A stretch of DNA of 64,000 nucleotides from a virus. This document shows positions 19,464 through 28,684 of this stretch, piece after piece. Location: the IMG/VR virus record IMGVR_UViG_3300038301_000548, positions 126,699 through 190,698 of that record. One strand, 5' to 3'. Every line of letters begins with the position of its first letter. The stretch's first letter is position 1. A program made the position numbers and the translations under genes. The notes under the pieces were generated by a model. That model saw nothing but the letters and a program-made list of their open reading frames with translations, made no database searches and was not told where the DNA came from.

Positions 19464-20746
19464 AAAATCTCAATCTCAGATAAGGCCGTGGCCCATTCTT
19501 GCTGCTTTGCTAGTTGTTCTTCTAGTTCTTTCGGTACCAGGGCGGCAGTCATTTGAGCTAATACATTTTCTTGCGAGTGTGTAGTTTGTAGACTTTCTTT
19601 TAGAACGTTGGCCCACTTCTTATACATTCCGTAATTTTTATAGACTTTCTCTATTTGCTGAGTGAACGACTTCTCCGTGGGTTCTGCCCATCTAGAACCC
19701 TCTTCGATCACTCCTTCCCATACAGCTTCTTTTGATACCTCCTGCAGGCTATAGTCCACCCTAGCAAATAACTTCTTCTGTTTTGTCTTACCATTTTCTT
19801 TAAAGTCTGCTGAAAGAAAATCTAAATGGCCGGACCAATCTGTCGCAATGATGGGCATGCCACTATAGGCTGCTTCAAAAACAGGTAGGCCATACCCTTC
19901 TCCGCGGGTGGTAGTCATATACGCCTTGATTTTTGGGTGAGTATACAGAGAGTGTACCTCGGCTTCGGTGAGGTCACCATGAAGTAGATAAATTTTGCAG
20001 CTTCGCGGACCTAACTCAGATAAGAGTGACTTAAGGTATGATTTCGTCTTCTCTCGGTCTAGTATGCTTGCTCTGGCGGTTGAAGTCTTAAGGACAAGGC
20101 CAACGTTAGGGTTGTCTTTGAAATGCCCCACAAACCACTTTATTGAGCTTTCTATGTTCTTTCTGTGGCCTAGTAGGGCGACTGTGAGAAAATTAAATTC
20201 TGTTTCAAGGTTTAGACCAAGATCAGCTGGTTCGAAAGATTTTACAGGATAAGGCACCACCTCAACTGGGCAATTGCAGCTCACAACAGATTCGGTTTGT
20301 TTTGTCTTGTTAATAACCTCATAATTGGTGCTTCGAAAACCTGCCGCGGCATGTTCTGACGGGACGATAAGCTTATCTATACCCTTGTGTGTTTGAGACA
20401 ACCAGTTATAAGAAACTCTATCAGTCTCTATTCCAGCTGTGACGCACACAGAGTAATTAGCTTTTTTGTTAAACTCAGATGGTATGCCAACGTGGATTTG
20501 CATATCGAATTGTTGGTCTATATTTTCAGCTTTGCACTTAGCCTCATTCATCAGGTATTTTTCGTTTGAGGCTTTCATGTCACCTAAATCTACCTGGTTT
20601 GCATAAGTCCAACTGGTGAACCCCCACTCGAGCGCATTTGTGTAAATATCCGCGCCTGGTAGTTTTGCCAGTGATCGATAGACCAGCCGGGCATGTTCTC
20701 CATATCCAGACCTAGTAAATATTGGTGCTTCTAGTAGGATTCTCAC
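19460..20746 (-). CDS. Glycosyltransferase family 4
   Basis: SGYGEHAR, HRKNIE, TRGEGYGLPVFEAAYSGMPIIATDWSGHLDF. Confidence 0.88.
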   Translation of the reverse strand: MRILLEAPIFTRSGYGEHARLVYRSLAKLPGADIYTNALEWGFTSWTYANQVDLGDMKASNEKYLMNEAKCKAENIDQQFDMQIHVGIPSEFNKKANYSVCVTAGIETDRVSYNWLSQTHKGIDKLIVPSEHAAAGFRSTNYEVINKTKQTESVVSCNCPVEVVPYPVKSFEPADLGLNLETEFNFLTVALLGHRKNIESSIKWFVGHFKDNPNVGLVLKTSTARASILDREKTKSYLKSLLSELGPRSCKIYLLHGDLTEAEVHSLYTHPKIKAYMTTTRGEGYGLPVFEAAYSGMPIIATDWSGHLDFLSADFKENGKTKQKKLFARVDYSLQEVSKEAVWEGVIEEGSRWAEPTEKSFTQQIEKVYKNYGMYKKWANVLKESLQTTHSQENVLAQMTAALVPKELEEQLAKQQEWATALSEIEIL

Positions 20747-21987
20747 AGTTCACAAATCTCCCAAGACTTATAGCCTTTCCTGTTCTCCCAAGAGCCGAAT
20801 TCTTCGAAAACTTCTTTAAATGTTTTTTGCCAGAGTTTGGAGTAATTCTCAATACTATAATTGTTTAATACATGGCCGCGGCCTTTTTTACCCATCTCTG
20901 ATACTTCTTCAGATGTCATATTAAAGAAGTCACGCATAGCAGACAGGAAGTCTTCCTTGTTACAACGATCTTCATATATATAAGGAACTTCTTGCGAACC
21001 GATTATAGCCTTCGAGGCTGGTTCAATCCCAAAGCCAAACCATTCTTCACCATCAGTGACTTGTTCTTGGAGGCCTCCAGTCATATTTACTATGATGGGC
21101 GTTTCGCATGCCAGCGACTCCAGAGTAGCTAGGCCAAACCCTTCTGCATCTGATATATTTATTGTGCAATCTGCAATATTATATAACAAAGAAAGCTGAT
21201 CAGGAGGCATCTTGGCAATAGATAGTATCACTTGGCCGTCTCGCAGATCTAGATTTTCGATTATTGCTTCAAGGTCTTGTCCGTTTGGGTCTTTGGGTTC
21301 AGTATGCATAATTAGGCACGCTTTGTCGTGGCCAACCTCATCAAGGAATTCTTTGAACCAATGTATTAGTGTTCCGGATTGTTTTCTTCGCGCGTTCCTA
21401 TTATTCCAGAAAAATACTTTCTTGCCTTCGCAGCCGGCTCGGTGAAGCAAGTGTATGTACTCTTCGAGAGGCCTTACTTTGAATACCTCGGTATCAACTG
21501 TGTGAGGAACTCTCACACACTTTACATCTGGTGATACGTTTCTTACAATATCATCTGTCAATTTACTTATTGTACACACAACATCATTTGAATCATAAAA
21601 TGATTTATTAAAATTTGGATAAGGGTAGTTGTCCCACACATGATAATAAATCATTGGTACGTTCTGTCTTATTTCATCTTCCATTTGCCATAGCCAGATA
21701 TAGAATCGTGGATCAGTCATAAACCAAAGTGCGTCTGGTTTGTAATATTGTAGCATTTGTCTGATTATGGCAGGGTTTCCGTATCCATCGACTGGGTGGA
21801 TCACCCAGTCGTCCTCGTAAGGTTCAACTTTAAGGGGTCGGTAGTCTTCATGTTTAATTGCCCCAGCGAGACAGACAAAAGAGTACTCACCGGTTTTTAA
21901 CATTTCCTCTACCATATACCTAGTCTGAGTTCCTACTCCCGAGGGAGCTAATGGACTATCAGCTATAACTAAGATCTTTTTCTTCAT
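20743..21987 (-). CDS. Glycosyltransferase family 4
   Basis: SGVGTQ, NRNARRK, SDAEGFGLATLESLACETPII. Confidence 0.88.
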   Translation of the reverse strand: MKKKILVIADSPLAPSGVGTQTRYMVEEMLKTGEYSFVCLAGAIKHEDYRPLKVEPYEDDWVIHPVDGYGNPAIIRQMLQYYKPDALWFMTDPRFYIWLWQMEDEIRQNVPMIYYHVWDNYPYPNFNKSFYDSNDVVCTISKLTDDIVRNVSPDVKCVRVPHTVDTEVFKVRPLEEYIHLLHRAGCEGKKVFFWNNRNARRKQSGTLIHWFKEFLDEVGHDKACLIMHTEPKDPNGQDLEAIIENLDLRDGQVILSIAKMPPDQLSLLYNIADCTINISDAEGFGLATLESLACETPIIVNMTGGLQEQVTDGEEWFGFGIEPASKAIIGSQEVPYIYEDRCNKEDFLSAMRDFFNMTSEEVSEMGKKGRGHVLNNYSIENYSKLWQKTFKEVFEEFGSWENRKGYKSWEICEL

Positions 21988-22772
21988 TTACAATGCTCTG
22001 TTTTATAAAATTTGCAATATTTGCAGGATAAGCGATTCTTTATCGCGACGCCTCTTTCAATATTTATAACAGACTTCTCAAGCAAACTTAAACAATTATT
22101 TGTTTTCTTTTCGGCGGAGGTGACTCTGTGTATTTCTATGTTTTCTTTTTTGGCAGTTCTCTTGAGTAGGCCAAAATAAGTCTCCACCATTTTTGGATCG
22201 ATATTGTGTTTCTTTGCAAAGTAGTGTTTATACAAAGTTAATTGGTAGTTGATGATTTTATCCTGCTTTTTATGACTGCTCCAGCCCCATGAGCAAGTTT
22301 TCCAGTCTATCACATGAAATTTACCATCAGGAGTTTTTATTACTAAGTCTATAAAGCCCTTGAATTTCCTACCGTAAGAATCAAAATCGTCTATATTCTC
22401 CATTAGCGCTTCTTCTACTGAAAACACTTCAAAGTCACCAAAGTGTTCTATTACTGCCGGCAGGAATTGAGTGCATAATAGGGGCGCTTGCTGGCGCATA
22501 TCTGTTACTAGCTCTTTGTTTAGTTCTTTGTTTTCTTCCTTTATCTCTCTTAGACCTTCTAAGAAACTTTCCTCAAACACTGCCAAGGCGTCGACTGATG
22601 GATCTACTATTTTCTCTTCACATGCTTTGTGAATAGCGGTACCAAATGCGGTATACTCGTTACTCGAAAAATGTGGCAATTCGTCGATGTATATTAGTTT
22701 ATGTTTATGCGTGCATTCATTCCAAATTTTAAATTCAGAATAACTGATCTTCTTCTCTTTGATTTCTCTCAA
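21984..22772 (-). CDS. PD-(D/E)XK exonuclease, Cas4/AddB-like with a probable Fe-S cluster
   Basis: ISYSE..ECTH, FGTAIH, KGFIDLV, VIDWKT, QLTLY, and C-terminal CKYC..C, giving a 1+3 Cys arrangement. Confidence 0.85.
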   Translation of the reverse strand: MREIKEKKISYSEFKIWNECTHKHKLIYIDELPHFSSNEYTAFGTAIHKACEEKIVDPSVDALAVFEESFLEGLREIKEENKELNKELVTDMRQQAPLLCTQFLPAVIEHFGDFEVFSVEEALMENIDDFDSYGRKFKGFIDLVIKTPDGKFHVIDWKTCSWGWSSHKKQDKIINYQLTLYKHYFAKKHNIDPKMVETYFGLLKRTAKKENIEIHRVTSAEKKTNNCLSLLEKSVINIERGVAIKNRLSCKYCKFYKTEHCK

Positions 22773-22789
22773 TTGTTTTCTTCTTTTTT

Positions 22790-23131
22790 TTAGTCTTTTA
22801 CTAATTTAGAAATTCTGTTTCGAATCGAAGGTTTCTCATCTTGCGGAGTTTGGGGTTGTTTTTTTCTGGTAGCTGTTTTACGGGCTTGTTTTTTCTTTTC
22901 TAATCTAAAAACCCATTGGCCAGTATGCGAGACTTTCTTGATATTCGAATTTCCAACTTTAACAAGAGGCTCTTCTATTACCTCTGCTATTTTGTATTCT
23001 TTATTTAGTATATCAATTAATTTATCAGTTGTCAAGAGGATTACTGGATTTTTTGAATACCTCCTTACATTGCAGACTACCTTGACTTCTAACTTCTCTC
23101 CTATTACTTTTTTTTCAATGCTCTGTATCAT
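22790..23131 (-). CDS. Hypothetical protein
   Basis: 113-aa ORF in the operon. Confidence 0.6.
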   Translation of the reverse strand: MIQSIEKKVIGEKLEVKVVCNVRRYSKNPVILLTTDKLIDILNKEYKIAEVIEEPLVKVGNSNIKKVSHTGQWVFRLEKKKQARKTATRKKQPQTPQDEKPSIRNRISKLVKD

Positions 23132-23801
23132 AGCTTACCTCTGTTAATCCATAAATCTTCTTGAAAAGCTCTGGTGATAGCCTTTGTAAATGCGCGCCTT
23201 CTTTGAGATGGTAATAGGCTTCGAAGCCATTTGCAAAATATTCTCTCAATGATGTTGCAGCATAGGGTGAATAGAAAAGGTTTGCAGTCATTATCGATAA
23301 AGCAGTATAACCAACATCTTGGTAGAGAAATTGATCAAATTCATAATCATATTCAACATCCAAGTACTTAATTAGGTCCATATCATGTCCCTCAGAACTC
23401 AATATCGAAAACAAACTTTTTCTTTTTGCTATAAATTCTCTTTCCAGTTTACCATCAGAATAGATGTGCTCTGCTCTGATTTCTTCTACTGAATGTGCAA
23501 TTTCGTGAACTAAATCATCTGTCATGTCTTCTAAGTCGTCTTGTTCGTTCGTTACAAATATACTAGAATTTTCATAACTTGCTTGTACTTCTCTGTCTTT
23601 AAGGAAATCAAATTGACCTACATAAATTGAATCCAGGTTACTAAGCAATTGCTTCGGTATTAGTTTTCCCACTTCAGATAAAACGTCTTGTATACTAAAG
23701 TCAGTCGTAGATATAGGATCTTTTATGAACACTTCTATATCGTTCCATACAAAATGTTTTTTATTTTTTTGCTTGTTTTTAATGAAGTTCTTTAGTGGCA
23801 T
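23115..23801 (-). CDS. Zincin-like (HExxH) protein
   Basis: DLVHEIAHSV and a downstream REYFANGFE. Confidence 0.6.
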   Translation of the reverse strand: MPLKNFIKNKQKNKKHFVWNDIEVFIKDPISTTDFSIQDVLSEVGKLIPKQLLSNLDSIYVGQFDFLKDREVQASYENSSIFVTNEQDDLEDMTDDLVHEIAHSVEEIRAEHIYSDGKLEREFIAKRKSLFSILSSEGHDMDLIKYLDVEYDYEFDQFLYQDVGYTALSIMTANLFYSPYAATSLREYFANGFEAYYHLKEGAHLQRLSPELFKKIYGLTEVSYDTEH

Positions 23802-24048
23802 CTTCTTTTTTCTGATTCTTTACAAACTCGACATCGTTTAGAGCTTGGGTGTAGCCATTGATCCAGTTTTCTTCGGCCATGGCTATAATAAACTCTGGGA
23901 ATTCTTCTGCGAAGACCTCTGCTATGTGGGAGATAGTAACTTCTTCATTCTCCGGGTTTGTTTTGTTTCCGACAAAGTCAACAATGAGATCCTTCAATTT
24001 CGACTCTTCTTTTCCGATTACTTGATCTTTGGTTTTTTCTATTTCCAT
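23779..24048 (-). CDS. Conserved phage hypothetical protein
   Basis: FAEEFPEFIIAMAEENWINGYTQALNDV; overlaps its neighbours. Confidence 0.6.
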   Translation of the reverse strand: MEIEKTKDQVIGKEESKLKDLIVDFVGNKTNPENEEVTISHIAEVFAEEFPEFIIAMAEENWINGYTQALNDVEFVKNQKKEDATKELH

Positions 24049-24050
24049 AA

Positions 24051-25355
24051 TTATAACTTTAAAGCGGCAATTGTTGCGACTTTTGACCTTTCTCCTTTCA
24101 ATAATGTTATGTGGCCAGTTATGCTTTCATCTTTAAGGCGTTCTACGACGTATGAGAGGCCATTGTTGGTTGCATCTATATACACGTTGTCAATCTGTTC
24201 AATGTCCCCTGTAAGGACGATCTTAGTGCCTTCTCCGACGCGCGTTAAAACAGTCTTGATCTCGTGCTGTGTCATGTTTTGCACTTCATCGATGACAATG
24301 AATGCGTTTGATATTGATCTTCCGCGGATGAATGTCATTGCTTCTATTTCTATTTGGCCTTTTTCTTGATACATGTCTAGGGTCATTCTATCATCTCCCA
24401 TAAGAAATTGCAAGTTATCTTGTATGGGTGCTAGCCATGGTAGCATTTTTTCCTCTAGAGTACCTGGTAAGAAGCCAATATCTTTGCCCACTGGTTCAAC
24501 GGGTTTGGTAACTACTATCTTCTTGTAGACCGGTTTTCCTCCGAGTGTCTGCTCCAAGCCTGCAGCGAGGGCCAGCAGGGTTTTACCTGAGCCGGCTTTA
24601 CCAATAAGACTGACTACTGGTATCTGTGGATCCATTAAAAGATTTAAGGCAAACTGTTGCTCTTTGTTCCGGGGTTTTGTTTCCCATGCGGTCGACTTTA
24701 AAACTTTTCTTAATGGTTCATTTTTACTAACAAACTTGGCTAGGGCTGACTTCTTAGGGTTTGAATTAGAAATCATCATGATGAATTGATGCGGACAGAA
24801 GGCATAACTCTCATCTAGATGAACGGGCTTATCTTCATAAAAGTTTTCTATGATCTGATCGTCGACCAACACTTCACACAATCCAGAATAAAGATCATCT
24901 GATTTGGCAACAACTTTTTCAACCTGAAAATCCTCTGTGAGTATTCCGAGAGCATCACACTTGACTCTCATATTAATATCTCTAGATACTACAACAACTT
25001 TTCGGGATTTGTTTTCTTCCATTTCCGAAAGTGCTGTTGCTATAATTTGGTTGTCTGAATCTTCTAAATCTAGATCGTCTGGAAGACAAAGCGGATTATA
25101 ACTCCTAACTTTAATTATGCCTTTCCCCTTCTCTAGGCGGACTCCTCTTGCGAGATTTCCCTTACTTCGAAGTTGGTCCAATTTGCGAATAGTCGATCTG
25201 GCTTGCATTCCGACTGTGTCTTGCCTTTTTTTATGTTTGTCGATTTCGTCTAAAACTTTTAAAGGTATTAAGATATCGTTATTTGTAAATGATGTTATAG
25301 ATTCTGCGTCTGTAAGATATACGTTAGTATCTAAGACGTAAGTTTTTTTTGCCAA
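24051..25355 (-). CDS. phoH: PhoH-family protein (PIN domain + PhoH ATPase)
   Basis: YVLDTNVYL..DNQII..VSRDINMRVK (PIN); GKAGSGKT, GFLPG, FIRGRS, IDEVQN, LTGDIEQID. Confidence 0.92.
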   Translation of the reverse strand: MAKKTYVLDTNVYLTDAESITSFTNNDILIPLKVLDEIDKHKKRQDTVGMQARSTIRKLDQLRSKGNLARGVRLEKGKGIIKVRSYNPLCLPDDLDLEDSDNQIIATALSEMEENKSRKVVVVSRDINMRVKCDALGILTEDFQVEKVVAKSDDLYSGLCEVLVDDQIIENFYEDKPVHLDESYAFCPHQFIMMISNSNPKKSALAKFVSKNEPLRKVLKSTAWETKPRNKEQQFALNLLMDPQIPVVSLIGKAGSGKTLLALAAGLEQTLGGKPVYKKIVVTKPVEPVGKDIGFLPGTLEEKMLPWLAPIQDNLQFLMGDDRMTLDMYQEKGQIEIEAMTFIRGRSISNAFIVIDEVQNMTQHEIKTVLTRVGEGTKIVLTGDIEQIDNVYIDATNNGLSYVVERLKDESITGHITLLKGERSKVATIAALKL

Positions 25356-25635
25356 GATTGTTTTCCTTAATAGTGATAATATCCTATCATATTAAATATT
25401 ATTTATTAAATGTTTTTGACCACGAGGTGGGCGCTTTTTTATAAAGCACCCGGTTATTATACTGAATAGTGGGTGATTGTGGCATTGATATATATAAATC
25501 AGCGGTTGCGGTTTCCGATACCGGTGGCAAAAAAGAAAATATGATAGTCGTCATAATCTCCATTAGATAATAATTCATGAGATCTCCTATAGCTTTTGTT
25601 AACAAAAAAGCTTTTTTATAGTATATTTATATTAT

Positions 25636-26400
25636 ATGCAGACAAAAATACTATTTTTATTGACTATTTCTCTCTTTTTAGCGCCGGCATGCACTTTATC
25701 TAAAAATAATGCATATATAAAGCCCCCAATTGACAACTTTGTAAAGGTGTTCAAAGAAGCAAAAATAAAAAAATGTAATAGAAAAACAAAGGTTTGCGAA
25801 GAGAAAACCTTCTACTCCACTGGTAGTGGGTTAATCATAGATCTAATTATGGGAGAGACTATTGTCTTGTCCGCGGGTCATGTTTGTTCTTCTGATTTTA
25901 AGTTTCCAGATGATAAAAAGTTTTCGTTTAGTCACCAGGAGATAATTCTCGGCTTAGACAGTAAGGGTCTTTTTCACCCGGCACATGTTATAATATCTGA
26001 ACAACAGTCAGCTAAAGATGGCACTGCAGACCTATGCGCTCTTTTTATCCCCACTATAGACTATAAGAATATCAAAACAAGAGTAAGGTTTGATCCAAAA
26101 ACCCCAAGGGCCGGCGATGAAGTGTACTATTTGGGTGCACCGTTTGGTGTTTTTCACCCCCCGACAGTTCCGATATTTAAAGGAATCTATAGTGGAGTAG
26201 TCTCCACAACCTCAGCGCTGGCGACTTTTCCAGTGGCGCCTGGATCCAGTGGAGGTGTAGTCTTAAACCTCTCAAATAAAATAGTGGGAGTCGTGTATGC
26301 TGTGCATCCTGGGTTAAATCAAATCTCTATGATCACTAACCATCAGAAGACAAGAGAGTTTCTTATTAAGGTTAAGAACCGCTTTAGAGTTAAAAAGTGA
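25636..26400 (+). CDS. Trypsin-like serine protease with signal/TM peptide
   Basis: Triad motifs SAGHVC (H), ADLC (D), PGSSGG (S); hydrophobic N-terminus. Confidence 0.88.
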   Translation: MQTKILFLLTISLFLAPACTLSKNNAYIKPPIDNFVKVFKEAKIKKCNRKTKVCEEKTFYSTGSGLIIDLIMGETIVLSAGHVCSSDFKFPDDKKFSFSHQEIILGLDSKGLFHPAHVIISEQQSAKDGTADLCALFIPTIDYKNIKTRVRFDPKTPRAGDEVYYLGAPFGVFHPPTVPIFKGIYSGVVSTTSALATFPVAPGSSGGVVLNLSNKIVGVVYAVHPGLNQISMITNHQKTREFLIKVKNRFRVKK

Positions 26401-26691
26401 TTAGTCTTCGACTGGGTGGTATTGAATATAGACTTTATAATTCATCGATATACCATCCATTCCCTGGCCAGGACCAGGGGCTGCCGCGGTGAAAAACACA
26501 TTCTTTACTTTCTCGTGTTCCATTAAAGAAATTAACAAGTCCAAAGACATTATGTTTACTGTGAATCTATAGAAATTCTCGTCTAGGCCCTTATAAGGAA
26601 AGGACCTGTGGTCTGATATTCTTACAAATTCTTCTTTGTCTTCGAATGGTCTAATTATTTCTCTTGATTCTTCTAATGTGATTGCTCTCAA
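26401..26691 (-). CDS. Hypothetical protein
   Basis: 96-aa ORF converging on the protease gene. Confidence 0.55.
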   Translation of the reverse strand: MRAITLEESREIIRPFEDKEEFVRISDHRSFPYKGLDENFYRFTVNIMSLDLLISLMEHEKVKNVFFTAAAPGPGQGMDGISMNYKVYIQYHPVED

Positions 26692-26713
26692 ATTTCATTT
26701 CTCCGCTTTGCCA

Positions 26714-27355
26714 TTAGATAAGCTCATCTACCAATCCGTATTCTAAGCACTTTTCGGCTTCCCACCAAATATCGTGTTTTAATAGATTATCCATCTCTCT
26801 CTTTGGTATCTTGGTATGTTCCCTGTAGATATCTTTTATTTTCTTCATTAGCATTTCTGAGTTTTTCATGTCATCTTGCATTTCTTGGAACTTACCCCAC
26901 ATGAGACCTGAAAGTTGGTGAACCAACATGCATGCATTCTTATGCATAAAGCGGCGTTCTCCCACACAAGACATTAAAGTTGCTGCGGAGGCTGCGCAGC
27001 CATCAATTACTGTGTGTACTGGAACTTTAGAGTTCTTTATATAATCTACTGCTGATAAGCCTGCAAAGACCGAACCGCCGTAACTGTTTATGTGAAGTTT
27101 GATTGGGGGCGGTGCGTACTCAAGCGGCCCTGTCTTAGACAGCATTGAAATATTCATATTAAAAATGCCTTTATTAAGCTTTAATATCTTAGGTCGCGTT
27201 ACACCGGAATAAAAGTAAATCCTATTATGACTAAAATCTACAATGTTGTGATCTTCTGACGCGTGGCCTTTGCTTTCAGACGCATAGTCATGAGGCGTCA
27301 TACCATCCTCTTCTTCTGGACCCTCTGTTGTGGATCCCCAAAAATAATCTCTCAA
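26714..27355 (-). CDS. clpP: Clp protease proteolytic subunit-like
   Basis: LHINSYGGSVFAG, GCAASAATL (catalytic S), LVHQ (H), DIWWEAEKCLEYGLVD. Confidence 0.88.
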   Translation of the reverse strand: MRDYFWGSTTEGPEEEDGMTPHDYASESKGHASEDHNIVDFSHNRIYFYSGVTRPKILKLNKGIFNMNISMLSKTGPLEYAPPPIKLHINSYGGSVFAGLSAVDYIKNSKVPVHTVIDGCAASAATLMSCVGERRFMHKNACMLVHQLSGLMWGKFQEMQDDMKNSEMLMKKIKDIYREHTKIPKREMDNLLKHDIWWEAEKCLEYGLVDELI

Positions 27356-27356
27356 T

Positions 27357-27929
27357 TTATATCTCCCTCGAAAGTTTCTTTAATATTTGTTTTTTCTGCT
27401 CTTTATTAAACTTTTTTATATTCTTTATGCTAGTATATAATATTTCTATATATATGCCTTCATGGTCCCCCAGTAATGCCGCGGTGATTGTGAAACCATT
27501 GGCACCATTAGCCCAGTATGCTCTTGCTTCCTTTATGCCAGTTTTTATTGCATGGCACTTGGAAGAATAGATTAACTCGTTGATGATCGATGCATCGCGG
27601 TGGACTCGATGTTGTGGGGGTCCATACTTTTTTGTTAAAAATTTAAGAACTAAGTTATATCTTGCTAGACAATTAGAATCCGTAATTCCTCTTGGACCGA
27701 AGATAAGTAAAGCCTTTGATAATTTATTGTTTGAGAAATAAAGCTGAACCTCTGTCTCCATCGACAAAAGAAGAGTTTTGTTTAGATAAGTCAAAGATCC
27801 TGATTTTATTGAACCCGTATAGTATCTATAGCCCTCTACTTTAGGAGGTTTTGCGTGCTCTTTGCCCCAGTCTAAACCTAGAGGGCTATAAAACGTCGTA
27901 ATTATCAATAATGTTGCAATATTTATCAT
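27357..27929 (-). CDS. Hypothetical exported protein
   Basis: Hydrophobic N-terminus; LTKKYGPP motif. Confidence 0.55.
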   Translation of the reverse strand: MINIATLLIITTFYSPLGLDWGKEHAKPPKVEGYRYYTGSIKSGSLTYLNKTLLLSMETEVQLYFSNNKLSKALLIFGPRGITDSNCLARYNLVLKFLTKKYGPPQHRVHRDASIINELIYSSKCHAIKTGIKEARAYWANGANGFTITAALLGDHEGIYIEILYTSIKNIKKFNKEQKKQILKKLSREI

Positions 27930-27947
27930 AATTTTTTATTAAGTTAG

Positions 27948-28021
27948 TGGGCCTCCGCGGACTTGAACCGCGAACCTGCCGGTTATGAGCCGGATGCTCT
28001 GACCAATTGAGCTAGAGGCCC
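27948..28021 (-). tRNA. ileX: tRNA with CAU anticodon, most likely tRNA-Ile2 (lysidine type); CCA not encoded
   Basis: GGGCCTCTAGCTCAATTGGTCAGAGCATCCGGCTCATAACCGGCAGGTTCGCGGTTCAAGTCCGCGGAGGCCCA folds as a cloverleaf with loop CTCATAA. It has the C4-G69 and C5-G68 pairs reported as TilS determinants in E. coli, and lies next to tilS. Confidence 0.9.
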
Positions 28022-28040
28022 CCACATGAACAATATACAC

Positions 28041-28646
28041 CTATTTAACATAAAGTTCAAGCAGTTTTTTTCGAATAGTTTTGCGAATTCCTGGATTTAC
28101 TTTCAAAACGGCTGGTATGACGTTATGACGTATGTGATTTCTCATATGATTTGTGTGCTGGTTTGAAGGATCTTCAGTCCACGGAATGCTATGGTTCTCT
28201 GCGTATGATAGTATTGATTTTTTATCTGTCAAAAGAAAGGGCCTATATATATTTGGATCTCTTTTGTACGGAATAACTTTTCCATTTCCATGGAAACTAG
28301 ACATAAGCCAAGTCTCTACACAGTCATCGAGGTGATGACAAGTAATAATAAAGTTACTGCGAAGCCTGTTGAAAAAAGCATATCTTTCATCCCTCCAGAA
28401 TTCCTCAAGTGATCTTTTGCCTTTAAACCCCTTGATCTTACCAATAACTAGGTTTAAACTATGCTGAAATGCATAATTTTCTACAAAAGAAAGCGCTTCT
28501 TTTGAGTGAATGGTGTCGTGATCAAAATAAGCTAAGCTAACGTCTCTCTTGCCATGTGTAAGGAAATGAGAAACAACCATTGAATCGATTCCGCCGGAGC
28601 ATGCAATTGTTACCTTGTGTGGTATTTTTCCAATTATTCTTAACAT
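28041..28646 (-). CDS. tilS: tRNA(Ile)-lysidine synthetase, minimal N-terminal-domain form
   Basis: IACSGGIDSMV (PP-loop), WRDERYAFF, TCHHLDDCVETWL, IYRPFL, EDPSN..RNHIRHNVIP. Confidence 0.92.
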   Translation of the reverse strand: MLRIIGKIPHKVTIACSGGIDSMVVSHFLTHGKRDVSLAYFDHDTIHSKEALSFVENYAFQHSLNLVIGKIKGFKGKRSLEEFWRDERYAFFNRLRSNFIITCHHLDDCVETWLMSSFHGNGKVIPYKRDPNIYRPFLLTDKKSILSYAENHSIPWTEDPSNQHTNHMRNHIRHNVIPAVLKVNPGIRKTIRKKLLELYVK

Positions 28647-28684
28647 TTTAAAATTATATCAAATAACTATAAAAATATCAAATA

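Noticed and set aside
25399-25605. 68-aa ORF upstream of phoH
   Set aside because: No clear RBS or motif, and it lies in a divergent promoter region; not supported.
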